Both the position numbers and the translations under genes were made by a program. Shown here piece by piece: positions 1-13,398 of a stretch of DNA of 64,000 bases; positions within the stretch are counted from its first letter, which is position 1; each line of letters starts with the position of its first letter. The notes below the pieces were generated by a model. It was not told where the DNA came from and did not search any database. It was given only the letters and a program-made list of their open reading frames with translations. The stretch spans positions 29,760,001 through 29,824,000 of the forward strand of contig OZ024752.1 in assembly GCA_964016885.1 (NCBI GenBank). The letters are read 5' to 3'. This stretch comes from Eledone cirrhosa. Lineage: Eukaryota.

Positions 1-230
1 GCATTGCTGGGAAAGTCAACAGTTGACATGATTTTGATTTTGTATCAGTACTGACGGTAATATATATATGTATATATGTATGTGTGTGTGAGTAGTGTGT
101 GTGTTTGTATGCATGAGTGTTGGTGTGTGAGTGGCGTGTGTGTTTGTAGTTTGTATGCATGAGTGTTGGTGTGTGAGTGTGTGTGTGTGTACCGTGAGTG
201 TCAATATGTGGAATTTTTTTTCTTTTTATG

Positions 231-3200
231 ACCATGCTGTAAAATGGAGGGGTAGAGAGGGCCCTTGAGTCTAGTAAGACATCCTCTCTAGTGCTGGTGG
301 TACAAATAAAAGCACCCAGTCCATGCTGTAAAATGGCGCTGGTGTTAGGAAGGGCATCCAACCAGTGTATCAATGCCAAAACGATTATTAGCACAGCAAC
401 AAGTACATAGGAACAACAAAATATGAAGATGTCTCATTTCAGAGTTGCAACACTTAATGTTGGCACTCTCAGAGGTAGATCTGCTGAAATAGCGGAGATG
501 CTGGAGAGAAGGCATGTGGATGTGTGCTGCGTGCAAGAGGTGAGATGGAGAGGTGCCTCTGTGAGACTAGTCGTAGGCAAACATCTTAGCTATAAGCTTT
601 TCTGGGTAGGTAAGGATGATGGGTTAGGGGGAGTAGGCATTTTCCTGGCTGAGAGATAGATCAATAAGACAATAAAGGTAGTTCGAGTTAGTAATCGAAT
701 AATTAAGATTAGATTAGTTGTAGGCAGGAGACTACTGACAATCATCTCTGCCTATTCTCCCCAAGCAGGCCTAGGCAAAGAAGAGAAAGACTGCTTTTAC
801 GAGCAACTTTTACAAACAACCGCATTGACAGAGGACGGAGACATCGTTATGCTAGCAGGGGACTTCAATGGTCATGTTGGACAGCTCCAGGATGGTTACA
901 CTGGGGTACATGGTGGGCACGGTTACAGCTCAAGAAATGAAGAAGGAGTGAGACTTCTTGAATTTTGTGATGCAAGTACACTGACTATTTGCAACACTAA
1001 CTTCCAGAAACCTGCCAACCACCTAATAACCTACACATCTGGCGAGCACATAAGCCAGATTGACTTCTTACTAGTTAGGCAGCGGGACAGGATGATAGTG
1101 TCTAATACCAAGGCATACCCTGGGGAAGAATGTACTCCACAGCATAGGTTAGTCGTTAGTGATATCTCAGTAAGCAAGAGATGGAATGAGACATACAGGA
1201 AGGTGTGGAGAAGAAAGGTCTGGAAGCTAAAAGATCTTTCACTAAAATACAAATTTAGGAAAGCCCTTCAAGATGTGTATGACGAAAAAGAAGACGATTT
1301 AGAGACGTGTGACATAGATAATAACTGGAATTTCTTACGTGACAACTTACTGCAGGCTACTGATGAAACTTGTGGCTGGGGCAAAGCTCCAACCAGACAG
1401 AGAGTGACCTGGTGGTGGAACAGCACAGTAGATAAGGCCATTAGAGACAAAAGACTAGCATGGAAGGCTTGGAAAGGATGGGAGTAGAGAAGGATATACA
1501 GCCGCTAAGAGAGAAGCTAGACGTCAGGTGTACTTAGCACGCAGGGAGGCTGAGAGTAGGAGGTTTGCCAATGTTCTGTGGTGGGAAGATCAGAGGTGTG
1601 CGGTGTTCCACATTGCAAGGCAGTGTGTCAATGCAAATCAGAATGTTGTTGGAGATAAATGTGTCCGGAATGATGCCGGTGTACTTAGTGTCACGAATGA
1701 TCAGAAAAAGGAGGCCTGGAAATGTCATTATGAGAGACTGATGAATGTGGAGAATGAATGGGAAAGAGAGAAATTACCCTCAGTAGATCCGACAGAAGGA
1801 CCAGCTATTGAGATTGACGAATATAGGGTCCAAGAGGCGATTAAGGAAATGAAAAATGGTAAGGCTGCTGGACCATCGGGGATAGTTGCTGAGATGCTGA
1901 AGGCATCAGGGGACGTAGGCACTAAACTGGTTGCACGCATCATCAATCAGGCTATTTATGGTGGTGTCATACCCAAAGACTGGTGCAGCAGTATTCTCAT
2001 AAATTGCTACAAAGGTAAAGGGGATGCTCTGGAGAGGAGCAATTGTAGGGGTATAAAACTGATGGATCAGGTTATGAAAGTGGCAGAAAGGATATTAGCA
2101 CAACTAATTAGAGAAAGGGTCAAACTAGATGAGATGCAGTTTGGTTTTGTGCCTGGGAAGAGTACAACAGATGCCCTCTTCTTGGTGAGACAATTACAAG
2201 AGAGGCTTTTAGAGAAAAATAAGCCACTATACTTAGTCTTTGTTGACCTAGAGAAGGCCTTTGATAGGGTACCCCGATCTGTCATCTAGTGGTCCTAAGG
2301 ATACTAGGTGTTGAGGAATGGCTTGTGAGGACAGTGCAAACTTTGTACAGAGGTACTGTCAGTAAAGTCAGGGTAGAAATGGAGTTTAGTGAGGAATTCC
2401 AGATACAAGTAGGAGTACATCAAGGTTCGGTCCTCAGTCCACTCTTGTTCATTATAGTCCTCCAAGCCATAACAGAGGAGTTTAAGACTGGCTGTCCATG
2501 GGAACTTCTCTATGCTGATGATCTGGTTCTTATAACAGAATCAGTAGAAGAGCTAGAGAATAAATTCTGGCTATGGAAACAGCAGTTGGAAGCAAGAGTG
2601 AACCTAGCTAAGACAAAAGGGTTGATGAGTAGAAAAGAGGACAAAACTCTGATTCCGTCATGGAAATGGCCATGTTCGATATGCAGAAAAGGAACTGGCA
2701 TAAATTCTCTAAAATGCACACAATGCAGATCCTGGGTACACAAGAGATGTAGTGGGATAGCAGGCAAACTAACAGGTAGGGAGAAATACGTATGCAGTAG
2801 ATGTACAGGGAAATTAGACAGTAGAAGTCGCATTGATAGACATATTTTTCAAATGCAGGCCTGTGCCTAGGAGATCAGATTAGCATGGGAGGGGTGTTCC
2901 GAGGCCATAGTATCTAGAATAAGGACGGGTTGGAAGAAGTTTAGGGAGCTGCTTCCTCTGCTGACGAAGAAGGGTTTCTCCCTGTGTACGAAAGGCCAGT
3001 TTTATGATGCCTGTGTGAGGAGCACGATGCTGCATGGTAGTGAGACATGGGCAGCAACTGCAGAGGATATGCGACGGCTGGAGAGAAATGAGGCAGTTAT
3101 GCTCCATTGGATGTGTAATGTCAATGTGCGTGAACAACCCAGCATGAATGTGTTGAGAGAGAAACTATATCTGAGAGGGATTGAATGTAGTGTGCGAGAG

Positions 3201-3466
3201 AGGAGACTGAGGTGGTATGGACATGTGATGCACATGGAGGATGACCGATGGGTGAAGAAGTGCCAGGAAATACCAGTTGAAGGAAGACGTGGTAGAGGTA
3301 GACCACGAAAAACATGGACGGAGGTGGTGAGAACAGACCTCAAATCACTGAAGCTCACGGTGGAGATGACGAAGGACCGTGACAAGTGGAGAGATGCTGT
3401 GCTAAATAAGACCCGTCCCACCCTTGCAAGCAGGGAAAAGCGGATGTAAAATGATGATGATGATGA
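231..3466 (+). mobile_element. Near full-length, inactivated RTE-clade LINE (APE endonuclease + RT + PHD-like finger)
   Basis: ORF pieces 423-659 (VATLNVGTL...CVQEVRW), 825-1487 (GDFNGHVG, SQIDFLL, QHRLV), 1528-2289 (QFGF, FVDLEKAFD), 2289-2870 (GVHQGSVLSP, LYADD), 3015-3449 (RRLRWYGHV, GRGRPRKTW). Broken by a stop at 657, frameshifts near 1490 and 2289, and a deletion near 2870. (ATG)n tail at 3451-3466. The 5' boundary is approximate. Confidence 0.95.
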
Positions 3467-3827
3467 TATATATATAAATAAATATATATACATACATACA
3501 CACACACATATATATATATATATGGTTCAACATCTTTTATTAGTATTGTTTTCTTTATAAGATAACTCTTCAGCAAGTGAAATCTACCATTAAAATCTTT
3601 AATTAGACTCTCTTTAAAAGAAGCAAACATCTTCACCAATTCAACAATTCCTTAATGAAACTGTACTTTTCATTGGAACTATTTTATAAATATCTCCTTT
3701 GCTGATTACAAGACATTAGATTAATAACAATTCTTCTCCCAGAAGATTCTGTTTAAACACACATAAATATTTAAGCAGCCATTTTTTTTTCTTTTCTCAG
3801 ATTATTAACTACATTACTGTAGTTGAA

Positions 3828-4550
3828 GTGTATGTGTGTGGGTGTAGATGTGTGTGTGTTTGCGTGTGGGTGTGTGTGTATGTTTGTGTGCTTGTGTGTG
3901 GGTGTGTATGTGTGTGTGCTTGTGTGTGTGTGAGTGCATATGGTGTTTGTATGTGTGTGTGGGTGAGTGTGTATGTTTGCGTGTGTGTGTGTGGTGTTTG
4001 TATGTGTGTGAAAATGTGTGTGGGGGTGTATTTGTGTGTATGTGTTTGTGTGTGGGATGGTATGTATATGTATATGTGTAAGTGTATGTGTATATGTGTG
4101 AGTGTATGTGTGTATGGTCAAGTATTTGGGTGTGTGTGTGTGTGTATGTGTATGTGTGTAGGTGTATGAGTGTGTGTATATGTGTGGTTTTATGAGTATG
4201 TATGTGTGTGTACACTCATAAATAACAATGGGAAATTGAAAGATAAGTAGTTTCAAATTTATGACTGCATACATGTGTATACACATGTGTGTATCTCTGA
4301 GTGTGTGTATGTATGTGTGTTTGAAATGTAAAACATATGCATTACAATAATATGGATGATGTATGCATATATACAAACATACACACAGTAGTTCAATGAT
4401 GATGATGATATATATATATACATATATATACATAGACACACACACGTACATACACAGGTACTTAGATATATATATACATATATACTCACATAGATACATA
4501 CATATACACATAGATATATATACATACATACGTACATACACATACACATA
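3828..4550. repeat. Degenerate (TG)n/(TA)n/(CA)n microsatellite field
   Basis: Direct inspection; it gives rise to the His/Thr/Val/Cys-rich spurious ORFs. Confidence 0.9.
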
Positions 4551-4864
4551 TTGTATCTTCTATCTGCTTGGCTAATACATTTTTCACAGCCATCACAACT
4601 TGGCCAATTCATGGAAGAATCCTGAGGCACTGTTGTTGTTTAATAAATGTTTCTACATTGGCAAAAGGTCAACAATTTGTAGGAGAGAAGTTTAGTCATT
4701 TGAATTGACTCCAGTAAAAGAAAGAAATAGCTGGTAATTTTTATATTAACCACAGAGAGAGAAGAAAACCAAGTAAACCTCAGCAGGATGTGAACTCAGA
4801 TCATAATTGTATGACACTGAATGTTGCAAGGTATTTAGTTAGTTAAAGGTATATACTACATCAG

Positions 4865-5000
4865 TATTGGTAGAGTTGTTAGAACATCAGATAGAATGCT
4901 TTGCAGTATTCATTCCAGCCCTCTGCTCTCTGAGTTCAAATCCTGCCTTTCATCCATTTGAGGTTGATGAAAAAAGTGCCAGTCAAGTACTGGGATCAAT
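4865..5000 (+). mobile_element. Degenerate tRNA-derived SINE (family B); an opposite-strand degenerate copy lies at ~4640-4830
   Basis: gagttcaaatcc B-box followed by the gcctttcatcc..gaggttgatgaaaaaagtgccag core seen in the other family B copies. Confidence 0.6.
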
Positions 5001-6437
5001 TCTTCCTCTATATCTCTTTCTCACTCTCTCTATCATTCTCTGGAAGAAATCTGCTGTGTTCAGATCTGGTGAGGAGATGGGCTCTGCCAAGCTTAAAATG
5101 CCCAAGAAATGCCATATGCCACTATGCCCCCCCCCCCCCCCCCTACGACTCCATCAGGAGTTACGGAACCATACCATACTATACCATACAATGCTATATC
5201 TGAAAGAATTTTGAAATGCTGCTTTTAAACCCATTGGTTTGATAAGTACTGACCTGGGGCTAAACAACAGCTACTAAGCTGTAGTATAAGGTGGAATAAA
5301 AGATGTAAGATTCGTCTAAGAGAATTGAAAATAACAACATCAGGCAACATTTAGAAAGAAACCATTCTGCTGACAATACAACCAATGTGGTTATATAAGA
5401 CTGAATGTTGAAGTCTGCATAATGATGATGATGATGATGATGATAATGAATAAAGAATTAATATGAAAGCATGGTTTATATACTTGCACTAAAATATAAA
5501 TATTTTCATAATGAATTGATTAAATTATATTCAATTCTTTCTAAAATTTTACCAAAGTGAAAACAAGGACAAATATTACAGCTACTCCTAATTATGATGG
5601 TGATAATTATTATGACTACCACTAAAATAAATAAAATTAAATAATAAAATCGTTGTTCTCTGATGAAAGACAGTCTGAAACATTAGATCTTTCCTTCTCA
5701 TGACATACCAACATACTTTACAATTTGTTTCTCTTTCTCTCTCATTTTTACAGAATTGTCCCTTTAAAGGTCTGACTGTTAATATCAACTATTAAATAGA
5801 ACTCAAGGTCATTTAACTGTTCAGAATATGTTGATGACATTTCAGTTTGACAATAGTTAACAACGCTACATTTAAAGCAATATCACCACAATGCTGTTTT
5901 AAAAAAGAAATGAAATGAAAAAAAAAAAAAAAAGTTTATTTTCGTACTTGTCATGATATCATTATAATTAGATAGTGATGTTCTGAGTCAGAGAAAAATA
6001 TGTATAGCTAGAGTTTTCACAGTTAATATTTTTTTTTTTTATATTTTGTCACGTTGACATGTAATTTAAGATGATATAATTGTTGTTGGAATTGTAGTAA
6101 CTTTCCAATAAATAAGCAGAGTATATTAATAATGAGAAAGTAGATTGTTAAAAATGTCTCAACAATAATTTAATAGCTAAGATATTTTTTTTGAAGTTTA
6201 CATTAATTACGGATATAGCTTGTTTAACCATTTTTCTTTTTGCTTTGTTCTTTTTTCTTTTTGCTTTTCCAGGCTAAGCTTGCCAATAGAGTTTGAGTTT
6301 GTCCAGCTACACATAATTTCAAGTGAGAGATGTATCTATGACTCTGCATAAAATTGGTCCATCATTCATAACTCTGCTAATTTGCTTAATTCTTCAAGAG
6401 CTATAAACACTTTTTCTTTAATTCCCAAAAGCTTTAA

Positions 6438-6881
6438 CCCTTTAGCATTTAAACCAGTCATATCCGGCTAAAATTCTCTCACCTCTTTCTGTTTAAACTG
6501 GCCATAACCAGCTGCTTATACTTATGTTAAGGTATTGTTCACAAAATAAGTAATGGCTTCTGATTTAGGCACAAGGCCAACAATTTTGGGGAAGGGGAAA
6601 ATCTATTAAATTGACCCCAGTGTATTACTGGTACTTTATCTTATCGACCCCTGTAAGGATGAAAGGCAAAGTTAACCTTGGTGGGATTTGAACTCAGAAT
6701 GTAAAGGGCCATAACTCTATGCCACTAAGCATGTTGCTCGGCACTCTACCAATCCACCACCTGCAAAATAAATAATATCAAAAATCTCGTAGATTCAATA
6801 TTATGTGAGATAATTATGTGAAATAAAGTGTTTACCGTGAAAATAAAATAGTATATATAGAGTAATGTAAATGCTAAAGGG
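6438..6881. mobile_element. piggyBac-like MITE (TTAA TSD) containing a nested SINE B
   Basis: TTAA|CCCTTTAGCATTTA ... TAAATGCTAAAGGG|TTAA termini; internal sequence matches the ~205-bp MITE family once 6555-6763 is removed. Confidence 0.9.
6555..6763 (-). mobile_element. tRNA-derived SINE family B inserted in the MITE
   Basis: Reverse complement of the 28772-28959 type. Flanked by caaaataa(g/a)taat at 6542-6554 and 6764-6776, which is single in the uninterrupted MITE copy near 43640. Confidence 0.85.
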
Positions 6882-7479
6882 TTAAATGGTCTGATGACAT
6901 CCTACTAGGCTATCAAGTTGTTTACATTTGAAAACTTCCTCATGAATGTATTGTTGGGGAGTTTTCATAATTCCGTCTTAACTTCTGCCATTGTAAGCAG
7001 GTTGCTGGAGAGTTTATGGCTTCTCTTCCTATCATGCCATCCTGAATCTCTCTCCAGAAAATATTGGTAAGCAGAGAAACTGCATCATCTGTGCAACATA
7101 GTTAACTTCTTTTGTGAATGTGATGCTTATTTAGTTTGTTCTATGGTAGTGGTAGTAGTTGTAGTAGTGGTGATGATGGTGGTGTTTGTGGAGGTGGTGG
7201 TGGTGATGATAGTGGTATTGTGGTGGTTATGGTGGTGATTGTGGTGATGGTGGTGGTGGTGGAGGTGGTGAGAGTGCTTCTTATGTTAGGTGGGGTTAAT
7301 GTTGTTGGTGGTTAGTTTGAACATCTCTCAGTTGATATTTGAAGGAAAAAAACTTTGGTGGGAATAGAACTTCAGAGGTAATTCTGAGGAGAAATGTTTG
7401 ACAAAGTGCCTGGGTTCTTCAGGTTAGGATTCATTATATTACATTCATTCATGCATCTGCTTTCCCCCTGCTCCAGGAC

Positions 7480-7772
7480 TTTCTCCTGATGTAACTTCTA
7501 AGGGCTAAAACACTTATTTGGTGGGAGTTCTCGGAAGACCTTCTGCTGTCCACCTCCTCTGGGTTGAAACACTTGCTTGAGGTGGGATTCATCTCTGAAT
7601 CCCTTCTGCTGTTTAGCTCTCCTGTGCCAAAACACTTGATTGAGGTGTTAGGGGTGTTTCTTCTCTGAAGACCTTCTGCTGTCCAGCTCCCCTGGGCTGA
7701 AACACTTGCCTAAGGGGTGTTTTTTCTCTGAAGACCTTCTTCTGCTGTCCAACTCTCCTGAGAGTTTCTTAC
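7480..7772 (+). repeat. Diverged ~58-65-bp tandem repeat (4-5 units); dispersed family, with a second locus at 45825-46085
   Basis: Recurring unit ctctgaagaccttctgctgtccagctc..ctgggctgaaacacttgcttgaggtg. Confidence 0.8.
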
Positions 7773-9406
7773 TATTCCATTGCAAAGATGTTGATAATGG
7801 CTATAATGGCAGCATTTCAATCAAACTGATTGACAAGATTCCAAACTTTTGTTCACACATTGTGTTGGGGTGGAACTCATCAAATCAGACTAAGGAAACG
7901 ATGTTTCAATTGGTCTTTCCATTGCTGATATTATTTACAGTTTGCTACTCCTGGCAGTAAAGTTTATATATAATTCCTAATATTTCGAAATATATATCAA
8001 TATCTCCCAATATCTCAATATAATCTATTCTGGGGAAGAGATGTAGAATGTTCAATACTGATCTGAAGCATATGGAAATTATATTTACAATATTGCACAT
8101 AACAAATGTACATACTTAAAATATTGATATAAACAGAAATATTTATGTGTGTGCTTGTGTATGAGTATGTGGGTGTATGTGAGTGTGTGTGTGTGTGTAC
8201 GTGTATAAAAAATATACTTCAATTTAAAAAAAATATTAAAAAGTCTATGAAAAGCATCAGAGAAAAACATTATGAAGTTGTTTTAATTAATTTTGCTCAT
8301 TAATCCACATCAATTTGCCAGCATTTCAATAGAGGAAAAATTCTGTTTAGACCAGAAAAACATTCTAAAGTGGATATAAAATTTCCTTATATGGTATTTT
8401 GAAAAGAATAGAACATTCAATGGATGTATATGTGTATGTGTGTGTGTGTGTCCCCGCATGTGTGTGTATGTCTGTGTATGTATCTGTTTTTTGGAGTATA
8501 TGTCTCTGTGTGTGCGTGAGTGTGTGTGTGTGAATATGTATGTGTGCGTATATGAGTGTGTATGCATATGTGTATGGGGAGTGTATATAAGTGTGTGTTT
8601 GTGTGTGTGTGTGTGTAGGTGGGGATATCAACAACAATAACAAAATCTTTGAAAGGTGTTATTTTCACTCAATTTATTTATTTTGTCTTCTCCAGTCTGA
8701 TATTTATTTCATCAATTGAAATACTTCTTCAAAGTATCTGTGCCATCTCAGCACACCACTCACACAAACAAATATAACTATATTTACCAAAGAAAATAAA
8801 GGATTTTTCTTCTCTTCTCTTTATCTTTTCTTTAACTTCCATTTTTAAAGTAAGTTTCTCTTTCAAAGAAAAACTAAATCAACTGAGTTTTCAGGCAGTT
8901 TTTAGAACAATAACAACAATAATACTACTACTGCTACTAATAATAACAATAATAAAAACCAAAGCTAAAATTACAAGTAAAGAAATGTTAAGAGAGAAAA
9001 AAAAAAAGTTTCAAGAGGTATATATGGTATGTGAATGACTGAAAGGGAAAATAAACAGTAAGATCTACTGAAGTACTAGAGATTATGTAGAGGACAATCA
9101 ACATTTTACAAAAGAAGTATTGAGTAGATGTAGGAGATAGTTGTTGTCAATTGTTGGTTCAGACCTTAATGGAAAACTAAAGAAACAATTCATTATGTTC
9201 TTATGTTGTGTAGCTAGAATTGGGTAATGATATAAATATTAAATTAACATCAAGTTTAGGTTAGCTTGATATGGTTGAGTGATGTGAGAGTAATAAAATG
9301 TTTTTAGATTAGCCTGATATCATTGAGTAATGTCAGAAACAACTTATTATGTTCTTATGTTGGGTCAAAGAACTTGGACAGTGTAATGACATAAATATTA
9401 GATTAA

Positions 9407-9612
9407 CCCATTAGCATTTACATTACTCTGTATTTACTATTATATTTTCATGGTAAAGACTTTACGTCACATAATATCAAATCTGAGATTTTTAAATTAT
9501 TCATTTTGAGAATGAAACCTTAACATTAGTATGAGCAGCCAGTTACAGCCAGTTTGAACAGAAAGAGGTAAGAGAGTTCTGGCCGGATACGGCTGGTTTA
9601 AATGCTAAAGGG
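9407..9612. mobile_element. piggyBac-like MITE (TTAA TSD)
   Basis: TTAA at 9403-9406 and 9613-9616, with CCC..GGG termini. The neighbouring tandem-repeat copy has the empty site aaaTTAAcatcaag at 9241-9254. Confidence 0.92.
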
Positions 9613-10754
9613 TTAACATCAAGTTTATGTTAGCCTGATATGGTTGTGTGATGTCAGAATAATAACATGTTTTTAGGTTAGCCTGATATGGTTGTGTGAT
9701 GTCAGAAGCAATTTATTATGTTCCTATGTTGTGTATCTAGAATTGGGTGAAAGATCTTGGACATTGTAATGACATAAATATTAGATTAATACCATTTTTA
9801 ATGTTAGAATGATATCGTTATGTGGTGTCAGAAATAAATTCTACATGATATCAAGGTTTATACAGTTGAATTTACATTAGCTGCTATGGATGAACAGATG
9901 GACATATATTGTTCATTGACTTGAGAAAAGAGTGAAAAATAATGTCTCCTGACATAAAAACGACACAAAGATGAATAAATCTTCATCTATGAATATAAAC
10001 AACAAAATGATTGAAAGTAAACAATAAGCAGTTTCTCTATTTACCAATAATTTCTGGAAACAGTTTCAGCATGAAATGATAGAAAGAGAAGCCATAAAAT
10101 CTCAAGCAACCTGATTACAATGACAAAAGTTAAAAGGGAATTCTGAAGGCTTCATAACAATACAGTGCCAAATCCTGATGTAGCAAAAGTACATTAACTT
10201 GATAGACAACTAGGATGTAACAAAACTAAATAAAGTGTTTGGAAATTAAAGAAAAATTCTAATAGTTCTTAAAAAATTAAAGCAAAATAACAAGACCATT
10301 GTGTAAACAAATAGCATTGTTGCAAGAAGGGGTTGGGAGAGATGTCCAGTCATCATCATCATCATCATCATTTAACATCCATTTTCCATGCTAGCAAGGG
10401 TAGGACGGGCTATCCCTTTGTGAGAGATCAGGTCAGAGGACCGTGTTTCCCTCACACAGAACTGATTTTGGCTTTGTTTCTACAAAATGGCTTTTTTTTA
10501 TATAGGAGACAGTGTTAAACATCATTCAAATGTGAGACAGACAGAATTAGTAAGATATAAAAGCAATATAAACAATGGTGGATCCTTTTTTGGCAATACT
10601 GGAGATAAAATATGGATGAAATACACTAATTAGTTATAGACAATGTGAAAATGGTAAGACTTCTGCGAGCTGATATGAAACTAAATAAATAGATGGAATA
10701 TTCGCATTCAACACAGTTTCTTACATCAGTTGTAATATCTTATGGCAATATCTT

Positions 10755-11160
10755 CATCATCATCATTTAACGTCTATCTTCCACGCTAGCATGGGTTTAG
10801 ACGGGAATTGTCCTACTTGAGGCAAGATTGGTCGTCTCGCTCGTATAGGACTGTCTGGTAGGTTTTCTACGGCTGGATGCTCTTCCTAACACCAACCACG
10901 TTTACAGTGTGGACTGGGAGGTTTTTACTGTGTTACCTACATGGCCACATTACAGCGTGGACTGTGTGTTTTTTTGTCGTGACACTTACACGACCTCATT
11001 TATTTAGGACTGGATGTTGTGGTACCAACATAACTTTACAGAGTAAGGGGGGGGGTGTTGATGGGGCTGGGGGAGTTGGGTAGTGGGAGGGGGTGTATAT
11101 TTTATTAAGAGGTGCCTACTGACTAGGTTTCGCTTTGTACTTAGGCAAGGCGGTATCTTC
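10755..11160 (-). mobile_element. 5'-truncated copy (3' UTR only) of the RTE family at 34238-37270
   Basis: Colinear with 34238-34640: (CAT)n tail, gcatgggttt(a/g)gacggg, ttcctaacaccaacc, G-rich block, aaggcgg. Confidence 0.85.
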
Positions 11161-11969
11161 CTTATATATCTTCAGGACATGTTTACACACCCAAGAACCA
11201 TTACAGAAAAGTGTATAGGAATATAATTTACTAAGAGAAGCCAGATATGTCAATTATGTAGATTTTTATGTTAATAGAGGCAGCACTTATATACATTATA
11301 AAAGAGACAAAAAAACTATTCCACAAACATCTGAAGTGATTATGAAATGTTTCTTGCATGTAAACAAAAATGTAATTTACCCCCACCACCATAAAGAGAG
11401 ATTTGGTATGGTGTGGAAATATCTGCTCCTTCAAATAAATAGTAGGATATGGAAGAAAAACGACAACAGTAATTGTATTCAAATATCTTTGTTGTCTCTT
11501 TGTGATAATATGATACCATTTGTTTGGGTGACTAACTAACACTATTATTGGTTTTTGATATCAATACTAAATAATAATTAATGTAAATTAATATCTAATG
11601 CACTCTACATTTCTACTGGATTCTGAATATATTCTCATATTATTTAGATTGCCTAATTATTCCGTTTTTGATATTATTGGAATCTATTTCTAAAACATAA
11701 AACACTCTGTACTCTATCTACCCAGTACATAATATTATTGCTATGCTAACAGCTTTTGTATGTTTGCACATGATCACATGACTAGTCGCACATGATCACA
11801 TGACCAGCTGACAACCAGTTGCACATAACATGACCAGTTCAATGTATGGGACAGTTTTTATGATGTGTTACTTGGATAACATTAGAGTATCACAATACAC
11901 AGTTATAACAGTCATCTGCAGATTTGACCTCACTTACTATTGTAGACTTATATAGCATGAGTAGCAAAA

Positions 11970-12300
11970 GAACATGGCTTAGTGGTTAGACTGTTCAGCT
12001 GGCGATTGTAAGATCATGTTTGATTCCTGGTGGCACATCATGTCCTTAAGCAAGGCACTTTATTTCACATTGTTTCAGTCTACTCATCTGGCAAAAATGA
12101 GTTGTACCTGTAAGGCCACTCATGTCACATACTGTCTCGTGCTGAATCTCCCAGTGTACATGTGTCTGTGGAGTGTTCCACCACTTCTATATTAACTTCA
12201 AAGAGTAGGCTGTTCCATTGATCAAACAAATGGAACTCAGGCTGTTCCATTGATCAAACAAATGGAACTCTCATTGTTATAATTGATTGAGGTCTAACAA
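11970..12300 (+). mobile_element. Older tRNA/CORE-type SINE related to family A
   Basis: acatggcttagtggttaga A-box head, then ccttaagcaaggcactttatttcacattgtttcagtctactcatctg CORE-like block; internal 32-bp tandem duplication at ~12207-12270. Confidence 0.7.
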
Positions 12301-13193
12301 CAATGGCAACAACAGAAGTGAATTGAAAAGACTATCTTTAGTAACATGATAATACTAATAGAATTATTATTATATCATACTAAGACTAGTGTTAGGTGCT
12401 GTAGTACAGGTGATACCATACCAATGAATCAAGTCTGTAAATTATTTTCAGTTCAAAGCTGAAACTTCTTAACATCACTGATGTCTTTCACATCATCATT
12501 ATCATTTTATGTCCATTGTTCCATGCTTGTATGGGTTGGATGAGTACAGATTCTTTTCACTTGTTGCATTCATTGTCATCTCCTCCGTGAGCCTTAGCGA
12601 TCTCACCATATAAACCAGTCTTTAAATAATTTAATAATTATAACTGAGAAAGCTTTAGAATGTTTAAGTGTGTGTGTATATATACTACGGTTTATAAAGC
12701 ACGTAATTAGCTCTAAATATCCTGTACCACATGAAACTGCATTAATAAGACATTGTTGATATACAAAACAGCACTATGACCGCATTACATTTAAAATTAA
12801 ATTAAAGTTTTTTTTTCTAATAGCTTAAATTTTCACAACAACCCATCCTCCTGATAGTAAAGATACTATAAAAATTTGAATTAACAAACCTATTTTAATA
12901 TATTTTCTACTAAATCATTACAGGATGTTAAAAGTTAAAATGTTAAACTCTCTAACGGTGGGTGTGAGTTGAAACCTTGATGATGATTTATTGTCAAAAG
13001 GAATGGTTAAAATGTTACAGAAATCTCTGAATGAATCAGTGGACAAAAGATTTAAGACTAAATATCAAGTTTGTACTCAACATGAAGATTCAAGAAGTTA
13101 CTGGTTCATTTATAGAAGAAATTATGAAAAACAAAAAGTTAAGGAAAATACCAAAAACAACAAACCATGTTTGTTTTAAAGTGATTTTCTTAA

Positions 13194-13398
13194 CCCTTTA
13201 ACATTTACATTACTCTAAATTTATTATGTATTTCCAAAGTAAACACTTTATCTTACAGAATAAATCTATGAGATTTTGATATTATTTATTTTGAGAACAA
13301 TACCTTAACATAAGTATGAGCAGCCGATTACAACCAGTTTGAACAGAAAGAGTTTGAGAGAATGCTGGCTGGATATGGCCAATTTAAAAGCTAAAGGG
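13194..13398. mobile_element. piggyBac-like MITE (TTAA TSD)
   Basis: TTAA-CCCTTTA...CTAAAGGG-TTAA; body shared with 9407-9612. Confidence 0.9.

Noticed and set aside
4546-4629. Possible 84-bp minus-strand exon ([27 protein letters not shown]), phase-compatible with the ankyrin exon
   Set aside because: Weak acceptor, donor lies inside a microsatellite, and no recognisable domain; needs RNA-seq.
5655-5692. CTGATGA-aagacagtct-GAAAC hammerhead-like motif
   Set aside because: Stem I is only ~3 bp and there is no convincing stem III or cleavage triplet.
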